Shown here in pieces: positions 23,394 to 35,179 of a stretch of 64,000 nucleotides of DNA (position 1 is its first letter; each line of letters begins with the position of its first letter). The position numbers and the translations under genes are program-made. The stretch is from Lepidodermella squamata (taxonomy: Eukaryota; Animalia; Gastrotricha): the NCBI GenBank assembly GCA_047495785.1, contig JBLDXI010000003.1, positions 372,001 through 436,000 on the forward strand, in the 5' to 3' direction. Below the pieces are notes generated by a model that saw only the letters and a list, made by a program, of their open reading frames with translations, was not told where the DNA came from and did not search any database.

Positions 23394-24866
23394 TCACTTG
23401 GCACCCGTTAAAATTTTAGGTGCTCGAGTTGCACCGTGCGATTTGAGGAATTCTATGACAGCTTCAAAGTTATTACAACGCTCACCACAGAATTCTTTCC
23501 ATCCGATTGCTCTGTCCAAAGCTCCCGAATAGTCAACCGCCGGCGCGTTGACATTAGCACCGTGCTCGACAAGCAACTCGACGATGTCGAAGTTCCCTTT
23601 ACTGGACGCCCACATTAGTGGCGTGGAGCCAAAAAACGCTGCTTTGTTCACGTCTGCTCCACGGTCGAGAAGCAACCTAGCTACAGCTGTTTGGTTGAAC
23701 AATGTTGCAAAATGAACCACAGTATAGCTCTTTCCGCCGGATACGTCGTTGACGTTAGCGCCGTGATCAAGCAACAAACTAGCAATTTCGAGGTATCCGT
23801 TTTTAGCAGCTAGCGTCAGTGGTGTCGTGGTGGCGACATCAGAAGAAGAGGCAGAAGTCTTTCTATTTGCGTCTGCTCCGCGGTCGAGAAGCAACTGCGC
23901 CATCGCCGAGAAGTTGTTCCCAGTCGCAATGAACAAACTCGCGAAATTATTGCCGCTCTCCTGGCTGTTGACGTCTGCGCCACGATCGAGCAACAGGCGG
24001 GCGATTTCCAGCCGCTCATCAGACATGTTCTTGCAGTTGACGACGCGATGCAATAATGTAGCGTTCCTTATCTGGTAGGTGCAGTTGTTGTATTTGTTAT
24101 ACAATGTTGCTTGATAGCCGATTTCGAGTAGAGTCCTATTCAGCCATTCACATAGTAGATAATAAGCCGCCGATTCCTGAAAAAAATCACATTTGACACT
24201 ATCAGATACTTTCAAGAAGATTGAGTAAGGGAATTTCATCGTAATTTTGTGTAAGGTGATCAGTGCGCGAAGTAGGATCCTCGAGCTAGGGAGTATTTTC
24301 GGGCCCAAATTTTATGACCAAAGGGTCCTCTCCGGTTGGTTTTTTTGCGGAGGGGGCCTTCTCACTGACCCTCACTATGGCCTTACGAACTGGGAAGAAC
24401 ATGCCCCCCATTCCCCCGTACTTCGCGCACTGGAAGTGATCTATAATAATGGAAGCGAGCATAAAATAGCAGTGAAACTAACTGTGCCGACGCCATGAGG
24501 AACAGATGACGACTCGCCAATGATAGCCAGTCGAAACGACCTTAAAGGCGCAGAAGTGAAAACTCGAACCAAGGCGTGCTGCAGCCTGGATACATCGCCG
24601 AAGTGCAGAATTGACGCATCGTAAAATTGGCTATAAGCTGATTTGAACGGCGCCTCAAGAATGTGGCTTAGAAATGTCTGTGTTCGAGCCGACAACGATT
24701 CGCCAGGTCTTAGCTGGGATTCTATCAATGTTAATGAATTTGTCGGATCAGATAAAGTTAGCAGTGAGGAGAAACTGAATTCATGATTGATGAAGGCAAT
24801 AACAAAAATACAAATAAACCCAATCGCAATTTTCAAATTGGTGATTTTACAAGCATTAATAAACAT
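23394..24866 (-). CDS. Predicted chimeric gene: SGNH-family N-terminus (exon 24866-24483, then 24176-24104) fused in frame to ankyrin repeats (24103-23394); ~388 aa
   Basis: The ORF 23394-24308 runs without a stop across the palindrome boundary (EIGYQAT|LYNKYNN) into repeated TPL..AA..G...IA.LLL.RGADVN units. Confidence 0.7.
24261..24432. mobile_element. hAT-type MITE, mirror of 32270-32441
   Basis: CAGTGCGCGAAGTA terminal inverted repeats. Confidence 0.75.
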
Positions 24867-25610
24867 TTTTTTACGACGAACTGCTACTATTATTTATGAT
24901 AAATTGAATGAAAAGAGAAGCGCACACTCTACGTGTTTGAAAATGAAAAATAATGATTGTTTTTTGCAAATGGATTTACACCTCATTCATAAATCGGCAC
25001 TAAATTGCAATCGAAGATTCTACTCCGCTCAAGCGAATCTCGGATATTCATTCTGAGCGGAGCAGGAGAAAATACTGAATTTAAAAAGGATGACGATCGT
25101 CAGGGAGCATGGCAAAGAATTCTCCAGAGAATTCACTCTGTACGATTACTGCCTGCTGCCTGCTAGTTGCTAGCTGAAGCCGGGCTCAGTCTATGGTTGT
25201 CTGTGCGCGCATTCCTTTTGGCGGGAATATGAAAACAGGGGTCGCATATTTTTTATATAATTTTACATTTTATTGCAAACTTTATTCAATAAACCTGAGA
25301 TATTGTACAAGAGAGCCAGGCAGAAATCTACGAATCTCATCAAATGCAGAATGTCTCTGTTTCCAGCCAACAAGCAAGCGTCTCAATAAGCTCATTCGGC
25401 ATAGCCTTGTCAGAGCCAAAGGCCGCAATCTTCCTTTGAATCCTCTCTCGGCTCAAGTCCCGATAATAAAATTCTTCCCCAAATAGCGCTGTGGAATGTC
25501 TCAATTGCTTCAAATCTATCGATGGAGTGTCTAACATAAGAAAAGGAAGTTCCAACTCTTCATCACTGAGCGAACAGATTTCACGAATCACCGCCGGCAA
25601 TTCATGAAAC

Positions 25611-27936
25611 CCCTGAGCGACAATTTCGGGCCTTTTAACTGCCTCAATCAAAAAAACTAAATATGCAAATTAGCGAGAGTTTGTCTGTGGGCAGTATTCT
25701 GTTGAAAGTCTAGTTTTTTGCCGAGCTGGACAGTTTTTCCGAGTGGTTTCCCGCGGTGAGAGTTTTTCTGGTGAGAGATGGTTTCTACTGCGCTGTCACT
25801 TGCTCATCGCTAATAGAACTTTCACTTGGGGCCATTTGTACTTCACATTCACTATTAACAATGCGGCTTTCACTCTCAGCTTTAAAAAAGACAGTTTTAC
25901 CCTTCCGTCGATGCAAGTATCATTTTATTCTTTATTCATCAAAATAGTTAATAGTGAATGATGTTTCACGAGACGCCATGATCGAACAACGGCTGTGACT
26001 GATGCAGAAACCGCCACTGGAGCAGGTCAGCGAAACTATATACATAAATTGAAATTATAATTGAAATTAATTAAACACGAAAATACCTTGTTAATTATTC
26101 ATCGATACCGTTACGAATTGTTGACCGGCTCGTTAAGACTGGTTTGACAGCTAAATCGATGCGCGGGACAAACCTTTGAAAATTGCGGGTAAATTAAAGA
26201 AAATCGAATTAATATCAAAATTACCTTGAAAATTCGATAATTATCTGACTTGTTCAAATTGCATGGTCGACACACCTGGTAGCAAGGCGGCGGGGATTGA
26301 TGAAGTTCAAAATGCGAAATTGAGGCCGGACGAAAAATTCTTACTAAATATGACATAGGAACCGTGTCCCCTATTTTCCGCTAAAACCTTTCCGCTAAGT
26401 TAATTCCGCTGACATTTTTTCCGCTTTTTTTCATTTCCGCCAGTGCATTTCCGCTTACTTGGACTTCCGCTGGTAACAGTTCCGCCAACTGATTTCCGCT
26501 AATATTTTTTCGAATTACCGCATACAAGTAACTTGTCAAATTTCAGTTTCGTATTTGTTATCACCAAAAGATTAGATGAGAAAATTGAACGCAGTAGCCG
26601 ATCAACTGGTTTTTGGCAATTAAATTTCCGCATAAATGGTTTAAGCTTCGCAAAAAACAACGCAAAATTCAAGGTTTAAAAAAATTCGAACATGATAAAG
26701 AGCAAATTGCGATATAGATCAATCGGACTCATTTGAAGAGTCATCGGAGGAAATCGAATCCGAGCTCCGTTTATATTCTGAGCCGTCATCGACTTCCATG
26801 GCGGCGCCTAGCGTAGGGTTTCCGGGGAGAGAGCTTTGAAACTTAATTTGATGTCGCATCAATTAATGCATGATTAACTCGCTCAGTTCTTATTAGTTCG
26901 TAATCAGTTCGTTTTCTCCATTCGCTTAATGATTAACATTTTGTTAATCAAATTTGTTGAAGCTCATGACAAATTTTAAAATGTTAAAATTATGACTTCG
27001 AAACTTTCAGTCCTAGCACTTTATAAGTTAAGCGGAAATATCTCAGCGGAAAATTATTGTAGCGGAAATAAACTTGGCGGAAATGTCACTTGGCGTAAAC
27101 TCGATTAGCGGAAATTTTTTTAGCGGAAATGCTGTGGCGGAAAAGCTTTAGCGGGAAAGAGGGAGAACCATAGGAACTGATGTTTTGAAATTTAAAACAA
27201 AAATAAGATGATTGGAATGAAGCAAAAAGCCACATTTTTGAAGCATGGCGTGATTACGCAACACCCTGAGGCTTGTGTGTACAACAATCGAGCGCCCCAA
27301 TAACAATGATTTTGCCCTATTTCAGCTTTTATTTAGAACGACAATTTTCAGTCATTGAAAATTTGGCTTTTACGAAATATCTAAATTATCGAATTTTGCT
27401 GGCATTCTTATATTCTTGACGGTTCAGGCTGAAAACGATAAAAATTCGGTTATTTTCAGGATCCAGGTAAATAATTAGGAAAAATTAGGAAAAATCGGGG
27501 AAAAACGGGACATTTTATGATAAATAAAAACAGTTTGATCCCGAAAGGTAGAAGGTAGTTTTTCGAACAAGGGAATTTTCCGCAATGAAAACTAGACGTC
27601 GAGCCATCGAATTTCGTTCACTTTCGTTCACTATACTTCTCACTTCGCAGTGAATTAAGTAAAAATCGAATGTTTTTAACTGCGCGACGACGAAATATTT
27701 CACATGGAAGTTAACTTCGGGTCGCAAATAAAATGCCGCGAATTTCATGAAAAAACTGTGTCAATTTCGCGAAATGACTGCGGATTCCTGCTTTAACTTC
27801 CAGTTTTTTTTAAAAACTGCAGTAAGTTTTGAAAAAATGTGAAAAATGACAGTAAACGGCGTTTTTGGGCAGTTTCCTGCAATTCCCACTGGAACTTCGC
27901 AGTATTTCGCAAAAAACGTGCACTTGCTGCTCAGGG
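25611..27936. mobile_element. Left-arm copy of the CCCTGAGC-terminated element, containing the nested MULE-type MITE
   Basis: Mirror of 29581-31091 plus 815 bp. Confidence 0.75.
26363..27168. mobile_element. 806-bp non-autonomous MULE/foldback-type element with TTCCGC-repeat TIRs, present in the left arm only
   Basis: TSD CATAGGAAC at 26354-26362 and 27169-27177; the empty site is visible in the right arm at ~30340-30348; TTCCGCT arrays at the left end and AGCGGAA arrays at the right end. Confidence 0.92.
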
Positions 27937-29075
27937 ACGGTAGTTGCAGCCCACACTCTACTACGAGAATTTTAAGCCATTTGCTCATTCGATCCGACGA
28001 TTTCATCTCAAGCTTCCTAAGATCGAGGATTGAGTTGCAGAAATTTTTCAAAACGCCGTCTCCAGAAGTGATTTTGACGGTTGGATCAGCTTGAGACTTG
28101 AGTAGAAATCCGACTAAGCTTGGTTCAATATCAAGTTTGAGTAAGCGCATGAGAATCGGCGCCATACTCCACAAGCATGCGGATGTTGGCGTCGTAGTTT
28201 ACCGCGTTTTGGATGCTATAAAGACGGTAGGTCAGAAGCAGGGCTGTTTCGCCTTGATAATTTGCCATCTCCAATGAGTTAGCCGCTCCGGACTGCGGGA
28301 GAAGTTTAACAAGGTGCGGATCATCTCTGAAAGCAGCGAGCATGAGTGCTGTGTAGCCATAACTGTTAGCCTGTGTGAGATCAGGTTTCAAGTCCAGCCG
28401 AAGCAAGCCGAAGAAGCAGCCGAAGCAATAGTCCACGATTTTGTTCGTTGCCTTCCAGAAACGGTAGCACGACAAGCAAGGAATTTGAGCTATATAATGA
28501 ATTGAAATGCTTTCGACGTAAAACATGATCGCCTTCATCACATATTTGAGTGATGCGTGTTTTTCCATGTTATGTGGAATATAATATTGCTGCAATTTCA
28601 ATTGTAATTCGCTGGCTATGATTAATTGAGAAAAACACGAATTTGATGTTAGCGTGCATAGCACGCCAAATTTGTCAATCTTTTTATTATCCTAAAAACT
28701 CTAAGGTATGCACCTGATAAAAAATTTAAGCTGATTATTTTTAGCAACTTTCGACGAAGAGCTGAAACGTTGGAATGTAATTTAAGCCAGCGTATAGTTT
28801 TAACACATTTTACATGTTCTTCGATGTGTTCTTCGATTTTAAAATGTGTTAAAACTATACGCTGGCTTAAATTACATTCCAACGTTTCAGCTCTTCGTCG
28901 AAAGTTGCTAAAAATAATCAGCTTAAATTTTTTATCAGGTGCATACCTTAGAGTTTTTAGGATAATAAAAAGATTGACAAATTTGGCGTGCTATGCACGC
29001 TAACATCAAATTCGTGTTTTTCTCAATTAATCATAGCCAGCGAATTACAATTGAAATTGCAGCAATATTATATTC

Positions 29076-31362
29076 TGCTCGTGGACTATTGCTTCGGCTG
29101 CTTCTTCGGCTTGCTTCGGCTGGACTTGAAACCTGATCTCACACAGGCTAACAGTTATGGCTACACAGCACTCATGCTCGCTGCTTTCAGAGATGATCCG
29201 CACCTTGTTAAACTTCTCCCGCAGTCCGGAGCGGCTAACTCATTGGAGATGGCAAATTATCAAGGCGAAACAGCCCTGCTTCTGACCTACCGTCTTTATA
29301 GCATCCAAAACGCGGTAAACTACGACGCCAACATCCGCATGCTTGTGGAGTATGGCGCCGATTCTCATGCGCTTACTCAAACTTGATATTGAACCAAGCT
29401 TAGTCGGATTTCTACTCAAGTCTCAAGCTGATCCAACCGTCAAAATCACTTCTGGAGACGGCGTTTTGAAAAATTTCTGCAACTCAATCCTCGATCTTAG
29501 GAAGCTTGAGATGAAATCGTCGGATCGAATGAGCAAATGGCTTAAAATTCTCGTAGTAGAGTGTGGGCTGCAACTACCGTCCCTGAGCAGCAAGTGCACG
29601 TTTTTTGCGAAATACTGCGAAGTTCCAGTGGGAATTGCAGGAAACTGCCCAAAAACGCCGTTTACTGTCATTTTTCACATTTTTTCAAAACTTACTGCAG
29701 TTTTTAAAAAAAACTGGAAGTTAAAGCAGGAATCCGCAGTCATTTCGCGAAATTGACACAGTTTTTTCATGAAATTCGCGGCATTTTATTTGCGACCCGA
29801 AGTTAACTTCCATGTGAAATATTTCGTCGTCGCGCAGTTAAAAACATTCGATTTTTACTTAATTCACTGCGAAGTGAGAAGTATAGTGAACGAAAGTGAA
29901 CGAAATTCGATGGCTCGACGTCTAGTTTTCATTGCGGAAAATTCCCTTGTTCGAAAAACTACCTTCTACCTTTCGGGATCAAACTGTTTTTATTTATCAT
30001 AAAATGTCCCGTTTTTCCCCGATTTTTCCTAATTTTTCCTAATTATTTACCTGGATCCTGAAAATAACCGAATTTTTATCGTTTTCAGCCTGAACCGTCA
30101 AGAATATAAGAATGCCAGCAAAATTCGATAATTTAGATATTTCGTAAAAGCCAAATTTTCAATGACTGAAAATTGTCGTTCTAAATAAAAGCTGAAATAG
30201 GGCAAAATCATTGTTATTGGGGCGCTCGATTGTTGTACACACAAGCCTCAGGGTGTTGCGTAATCACGCCATGCTTCAAAAATGTGGCTTTTTGCTTCAT
30301 TCCAATCATCTTATTTTTGTTTTAAATTTCAAAACATCAGTTCCTATGTCATATTTAGTAAGAATTTTTCGTCCGGCCTCAATTTCGCATTTTGAACTTC
30401 ATCAATCCCCGCCGCCTTGCTACCAGGTGTGTCGACCATGCAATTTGAACAAGTCAGATAATTATCGAATTTTCAAGGTAATTTTGATATTAATTCGATT
30501 TTCTTTAATTTACCCGCAATTTTCAAAGGTTTGTCCCGCGCATCGATTTAGCTGTCAAACCAGTCTTAACGAGCCGGTCAACAATTCGTAACGGTATCGA
30601 TGAATAATTAACAAGGTATTTTCGTGTTTAATTAATTTCAATTATAATTTCAATTTATGTATATAGTTTCGCTGACCTGCTCCAGTGGCGGTTTCTGCAT
30701 CAGTCACAGCCGTTGTTCGATCATGGCGTCTCGTGAAACATCATTCACTATTAACTATTTTGATGAATAAAGAATAAAATGATACTTGCATCGACGGAAG
30801 GGTAAAACTGTCTTTTTTAAAGCTGAGAGTGAAAGCCGCATTGTTAATAGTGAATGTGAAGTACAAATGGCCCCAAGTGAAAGTTCTATTAGCGATGAGC
30901 AAGTGACAGCGCAGTAGAAACCATCTCTCACCAGAAAAACTCTCACCGCGGGAAACCACTCGGAAAAACTGTCCAGCTCGGCAAAAAACTAGACTTTCAA
31001 CAGAATACTGCCCACAGACAAACTCTCGCTAATTTGCATATTTAGTTTTTTTGATTGAGGCAGTTAAAAGGCCCGAAATTGTCGCTCAGGGGTTTCATGA
31101 ATTGCCGGCGGTGATTCGTGAAATCTGTTCGCTCAGTGATGAAGAGTTGGAACTTCCTTTTCTTATGTTAGACACTCCATCGATAGATTTGAAGCAATTG
31201 AGACATTCCACAGCGCTATTTGGGGAAGAATTTTATTATCGGGACTTGAGCCGAGAGAGGATTCAAAGGAAGATTGCGGCCTTTGGCTCTGACAAGGCTA
31301 TGCCGAATGAGCTTATTGAGACGCTTGCTTGTTGGCTGGAAACAGAGACATTCTGCATTTGA
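29076..31362 (+). pseudogene. Ankyrin-repeat pseudogene, right-arm copy
   Basis: GYTALMLAA, GETALLL, EYGADS; frameshift near 29385; the frame QLP|FHELP is restored by removing 29581-31093. Confidence 0.7.
29581..31091. mobile_element. 1511-bp non-autonomous DNA transposon with CCC...GGG ends and 2-bp TSD (CMC/EnSpm-like)
   Basis: GT|CCCTGAGCAGCAA...TTGTCGCTCAGGG|GT; excision restores the host reading frame. Confidence 0.75.
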
Positions 31363-31835
31363 TGAGATTCGTAGATTTCTGCCTGGCTCTCTTGTACAAT
31401 ATCTCAGGTTTATTGAATAAAGTTTGCAATAAAATGTAAAATTATATAAAAAATATGCGACCCCTGTTTTCATATTCCCGCCAAAAGGAATGCGCGCACA
31501 GACAACCATAGACTGAGCCCGGCTTCAGCTAGCAACTAGCAGGCAGCAGGCAGTAATCGTACAGAGTGAATTCTCTGGAGAATTCTTTGCCATGCTCCCT
31601 GACGATCGTCATCCTTTTTAAATTCAGTATTTTCTCCTGCTCCGCTCAGAATGAATATCCGAGATTCGCTTGAGCGGAGTAGAATCTTCGATTGCAATTT
31701 AGTGCCGATTTATGAATGAGGTGTAAATCCATTTGCAAAAAACAATCATTATTTTTCATTTTCAAACACGTAGAGTGTGCGCTTCTCTTTTCATTCAATT
31801 TATCATAAATAATAGTAGCAGTTCGTCGTAAAAAA

Positions 31836-33729
31836 ATGTTTATTAATGCTTGTAAAATCACCAATTTGAAAATTGCGATTGGGTTTATTTGTATTTTTGT
31901 TATTGCCTTCATCAATCATGAATTCAGTTTCTCCTCACTGCTAACTTTATCTGATCCGACAAATTCATTAACATTGATAGAATCCCAGCTAAGACCTGGC
32001 GAATCGTTGTCGGCTCGAACACAGACATTTCTAAGCCACATTCTTGAGGCGCCGTTCAAATCAGCTTATAGCCAATTTTACGATGCGTCAATTCTGCACT
32101 TCGGCGATGTATCCAGGCTGCAGCACGCCTTGGTTCGAGTTTTCACTTCTGCGCCTTTAAGGTCGTTTCGACTGGCTATCATTGGCGAGTCGTCATCTGT
32201 TCCTCATGGCGTCGGCACAGTTAGTTTCACTGCTATTTTATGCTCGCTTCCATTATTATAGATCACTTCCAGTGCGCGAAGTACGGGGGAATGGGGGGCA
32301 TGTTCTTCCCAGTTCGTAAGGCCATAGTGAGGGTCAGTGAGAAGGCCCCCTCCGCAAAAAAACCAACCGGAGAGGACCCTTTGGTCATAAAATTTGGGCC
32401 CGAAAATACTCCCTAGCTCGAGGATCCTACTTCGCGCACTGATCACCTTACACAAAATTACGATGAAATTCCCTTACTCAATCTTCTTGAAAGTATCTGA
32501 TAGTGTCAAATGTGATTTTTTTCAGGAATCGGCGGCTTATTATCTACTATGTGAATGGCTGAATAGGACTCTACTCGAAATCGGCTATCAAGCAACATGC
32601 GAAAATTGGGCGGTCGGAGCAACGCAGAGGTCTGCTTTCAATCACGTGCTCGTTTGTAATCATTAAAAAAACCCGCTTTTAGCAATTTTTTCGCCTACTG
32701 CCATTCATCTATGTTCGACGCTCGCCAATTCGACGTTGTGCTGATTCAGGAGACATGGAATTTCGAAGAGGAAGGAAACGGTAATGACAGCCAGATTGGC
32801 ATGCTAATTGATTCACTGCGACGAGCTAATCCCGCTATTCAAATAATCATTTTCGATTTCCCTGAAACGCGCCCGATAAGCTATCGCCCAAAGGGTCTCA
32901 AGCCACCGGATGGAAACTACGACGCAAACGCTGCTGCTGCTAAGGAGCATGATGTTCCGCTGATTGGAATGAAAGGAATAACCACCAACGATAAAAACTG
33001 GACGAACTTTGTTGAAGTGGCTAGAAAAGAATTCTCAGGTATTTGTTGACAGTCTTTTCCCTGATGCAACACCAATCTGTCTTGCAGGCTACTACGTTGC
33101 GCATGACAAGCTCCACCCTGGTATTTACACGCACGCTATGCTAGGCGAGTATCTGGTCAACTTTTTCAAGCAAGTCATTCGAAAATTGATCGAATCCAGC
33201 AAGCTACCCGATTTGCGAAATTGGGCACCAACTTCAAACATTTCCGCCGAGTGTTTCCTCGATTTTGACAGCAAAGAAGGACGAAGCAGCCATCGGTTGG
33301 GTTTCGCTGGCACTGCCGAGGCGTCGAGCAGTTGGCTTTCGTCATTCGTGCTCAAGGCTGGACGGCAGATCAAGTTCAATCTGACTGAATTTAGTCGGAA
33401 CATCACGAATTGCTGCGTTGCTGCGGATTGTTGCTTCTTGCCGCGATTCGGAATTTTCACTGAATATACGCAAAATATTCCATTCAACTTACATCATTTC
33501 GGCAGAAATTTTCCTGGCGAACGGAGCAAGATTCGCGACGAACCAATCGATTACTGTTACGAGAAGGCTACGCACGTTGTCGGTGCCCAATGAACTCGCG
33601 CATATTCAAGTGCCATGCTCCGAGTTCGAAGGCGTGCCTATTAAACGAGTTGATGTTCAAGTAACAAGTTTGAGGAAAAAATTCCTTCTGACAAGTGTTC
33701 AAGCATTGGTTGTAGTTTATAAGTGCTAA
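31836..33729 (+). CDS. SGNH-family copy D (most divergent); frameshift near 33460 in the C-terminal domain
   Basis: AIIGESSS, NWAVGATQ, DVVLIQETWN, HDKLHP; homology switches frame after CFLPRFGI (ORF 33009 to ORF 33418, ending VYKC). Confidence 0.72.
32270..32441. mobile_element. hAT-type MITE in intron 1 of copy D
   Basis: 14-bp TIR CAGTGCGCGAAGTA; flanks ATCACTTC/ATCACCTT resemble a decayed 8-bp TSD. Confidence 0.8.
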
Positions 33730-34571
33730 CCGTCTGAACTTTTCGCATAATAAAGAGTTGCATGTTCATGTTTCTTGTTCTATGCTCGTGAAATGTCCTC
33801 ATTTTCACTGATCGTCAGAAATATCAGAAATATTTATATAAACCCAATGCGTAATCATGCCAAGTTGTTATCTTAAAAGTTTGAATTTGCGCCAGAAAAA
33901 ATCGGATATCGGAGGATTATGGGACCTTTGCCGCATTATCGCTTGCAAAAAATCAATCCATTCATGAGTTACACATTTCAAATTAAATTACTACGATATA
34001 CATGCATGAAATACACTTTGACTAGTATCATTTCTAAAGAAGAGCAATGAGAAGCGAAGTGCTCGCGAAAACAAAATACAAAGAAAAAACATGAATTGTA
34101 TCGGCTCATAAATGCTAAAAAGATCGATAATTGCTTTCGCCAGCAGCAAGTGGAGTGGAAGAGGGGAATTTTTGGCCAGTGCATAGCAATTATGAATTAG
34201 CTCGCATGACCGCAAGAAGCGAAGTTATTACACGAAAAAAAAATAAAAAAATGACTATAGACTTGGCATATCAGTATACTATGAATGACAGTGACTGCAC
34301 ATCTATACATTTATATAAATCGTTATATCGTCCTGATAAATCGTTATGATTTTGTATGTCCGAAAACATCAAAGTAACAAACAACGTAGAAAACTGGGCT
34401 CGAAGTAATATTGCTAGTGATTACGGTCCGTCTTTGTTCACATAAGATTTATGAATAATTTAAACTTTTTCCCTTGGTTTTTCGGTAGTTATTTAGCTGC
34501 ACGCTTTGTACACACGTCACTCAAACCTTCTCCGTTTTCAGTTCTCAGACTAACACATCACGTTCTAGCCG

Positions 34572-34931
34572 ATGTCATCCTATACGGCTCTTTTCAACTC
34601 GATAGTTGTCGAGGCTCAAGTCTTTTCCCGCCCTGTGGACACGCCTGGTGGAGCCGCACTCTATCCTGAAATTATGCATACTGGGACCAAGGTGAAACTA
34701 GAAGACGGCTCTACCTACCTGATTCACAGACCCGAAGGCGGCAGCAAGTTGAAGGATGTGGTTATCACGGATTCGAAAAACATGTCTTCGAAGTGGAAAC
34801 CAGAGACCGATCCTTACAAGCTACCGAATGGAACGACAGTCAGAGATATGATGGGAGAATGCGGCAAGTACAGCGCGGTCACTGCCAATTGTAATCGGCA
34901 CCCAGGAAGCCAACCTGGCAATCCAATTTGA
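34572..34931 (+). CDS. Small permuted papain-like (NlpC/P60, LRAT/PPPDE-type) protein
   Basis: HTGTKVKLEDGSTYLIH followed by YSAVTANCN, the H...H...NC order of permuted NlpC/P60 enzymes. Confidence 0.5.
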   Translation: MSSYTALFNSIVVEAQVFSRPVDTPGGAALYPEIMHTGTKVKLEDGSTYLIHRPEGGSKLKDVVITDSKNMSSKWKPETDPYKLPNGTTVRDMMGECGKYSAVTANCNRHPGSQPGNPI

Positions 34932-35179
34932 AATGTTGTGACGTTGCTTGTTCCGAAGTTAATCCTTGATGTTGGAGATGTGCAAGAATTATTGTTATGA
35001 TTCTGTAAAGACTGGTCTTAAACTGCTGCCGAATCTTACGAAATAAAGCTGTGGAAATTTCAAAGCTCAGTGTTTCTGGAGATTGAAAGTCAACATTTCG
35101 CTGTCGTGGCTGTGCTCATAAAGAATTTGGCTATTTTAAGTGAAAAAAAAAGAAAAATGCCTTTCATTTGCAATTCAAA

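Larger units (their letters stand above)
25340..28570 (-). pseudogene. Ankyrin-repeat pseudogene, left-arm copy, interrupted by nested transposons
   Basis: Mirror of the right-arm copy; retains a 138-bp segment with a possible start (MEKHASLK). Confidence 0.6.
24104..32598. repeat. 8.5-kb inverted duplication (palindrome): arms 24104-28812 and 28840-32598, 27-bp spacer
   Basis: Mirrored ORFs have identical translations except across the two indels. Coordinate sums are 57652, 57517 and 56702, and the steps are explained by a net 135-bp and an 815-bp indel. Confidence 0.97.

Noticed and set aside
24104-32598. The palindrome as a single giant foldback transposon
   Set aside because: The arms consist of host genes, the right end runs seamlessly into SGNH copy D, and there is no TSD.
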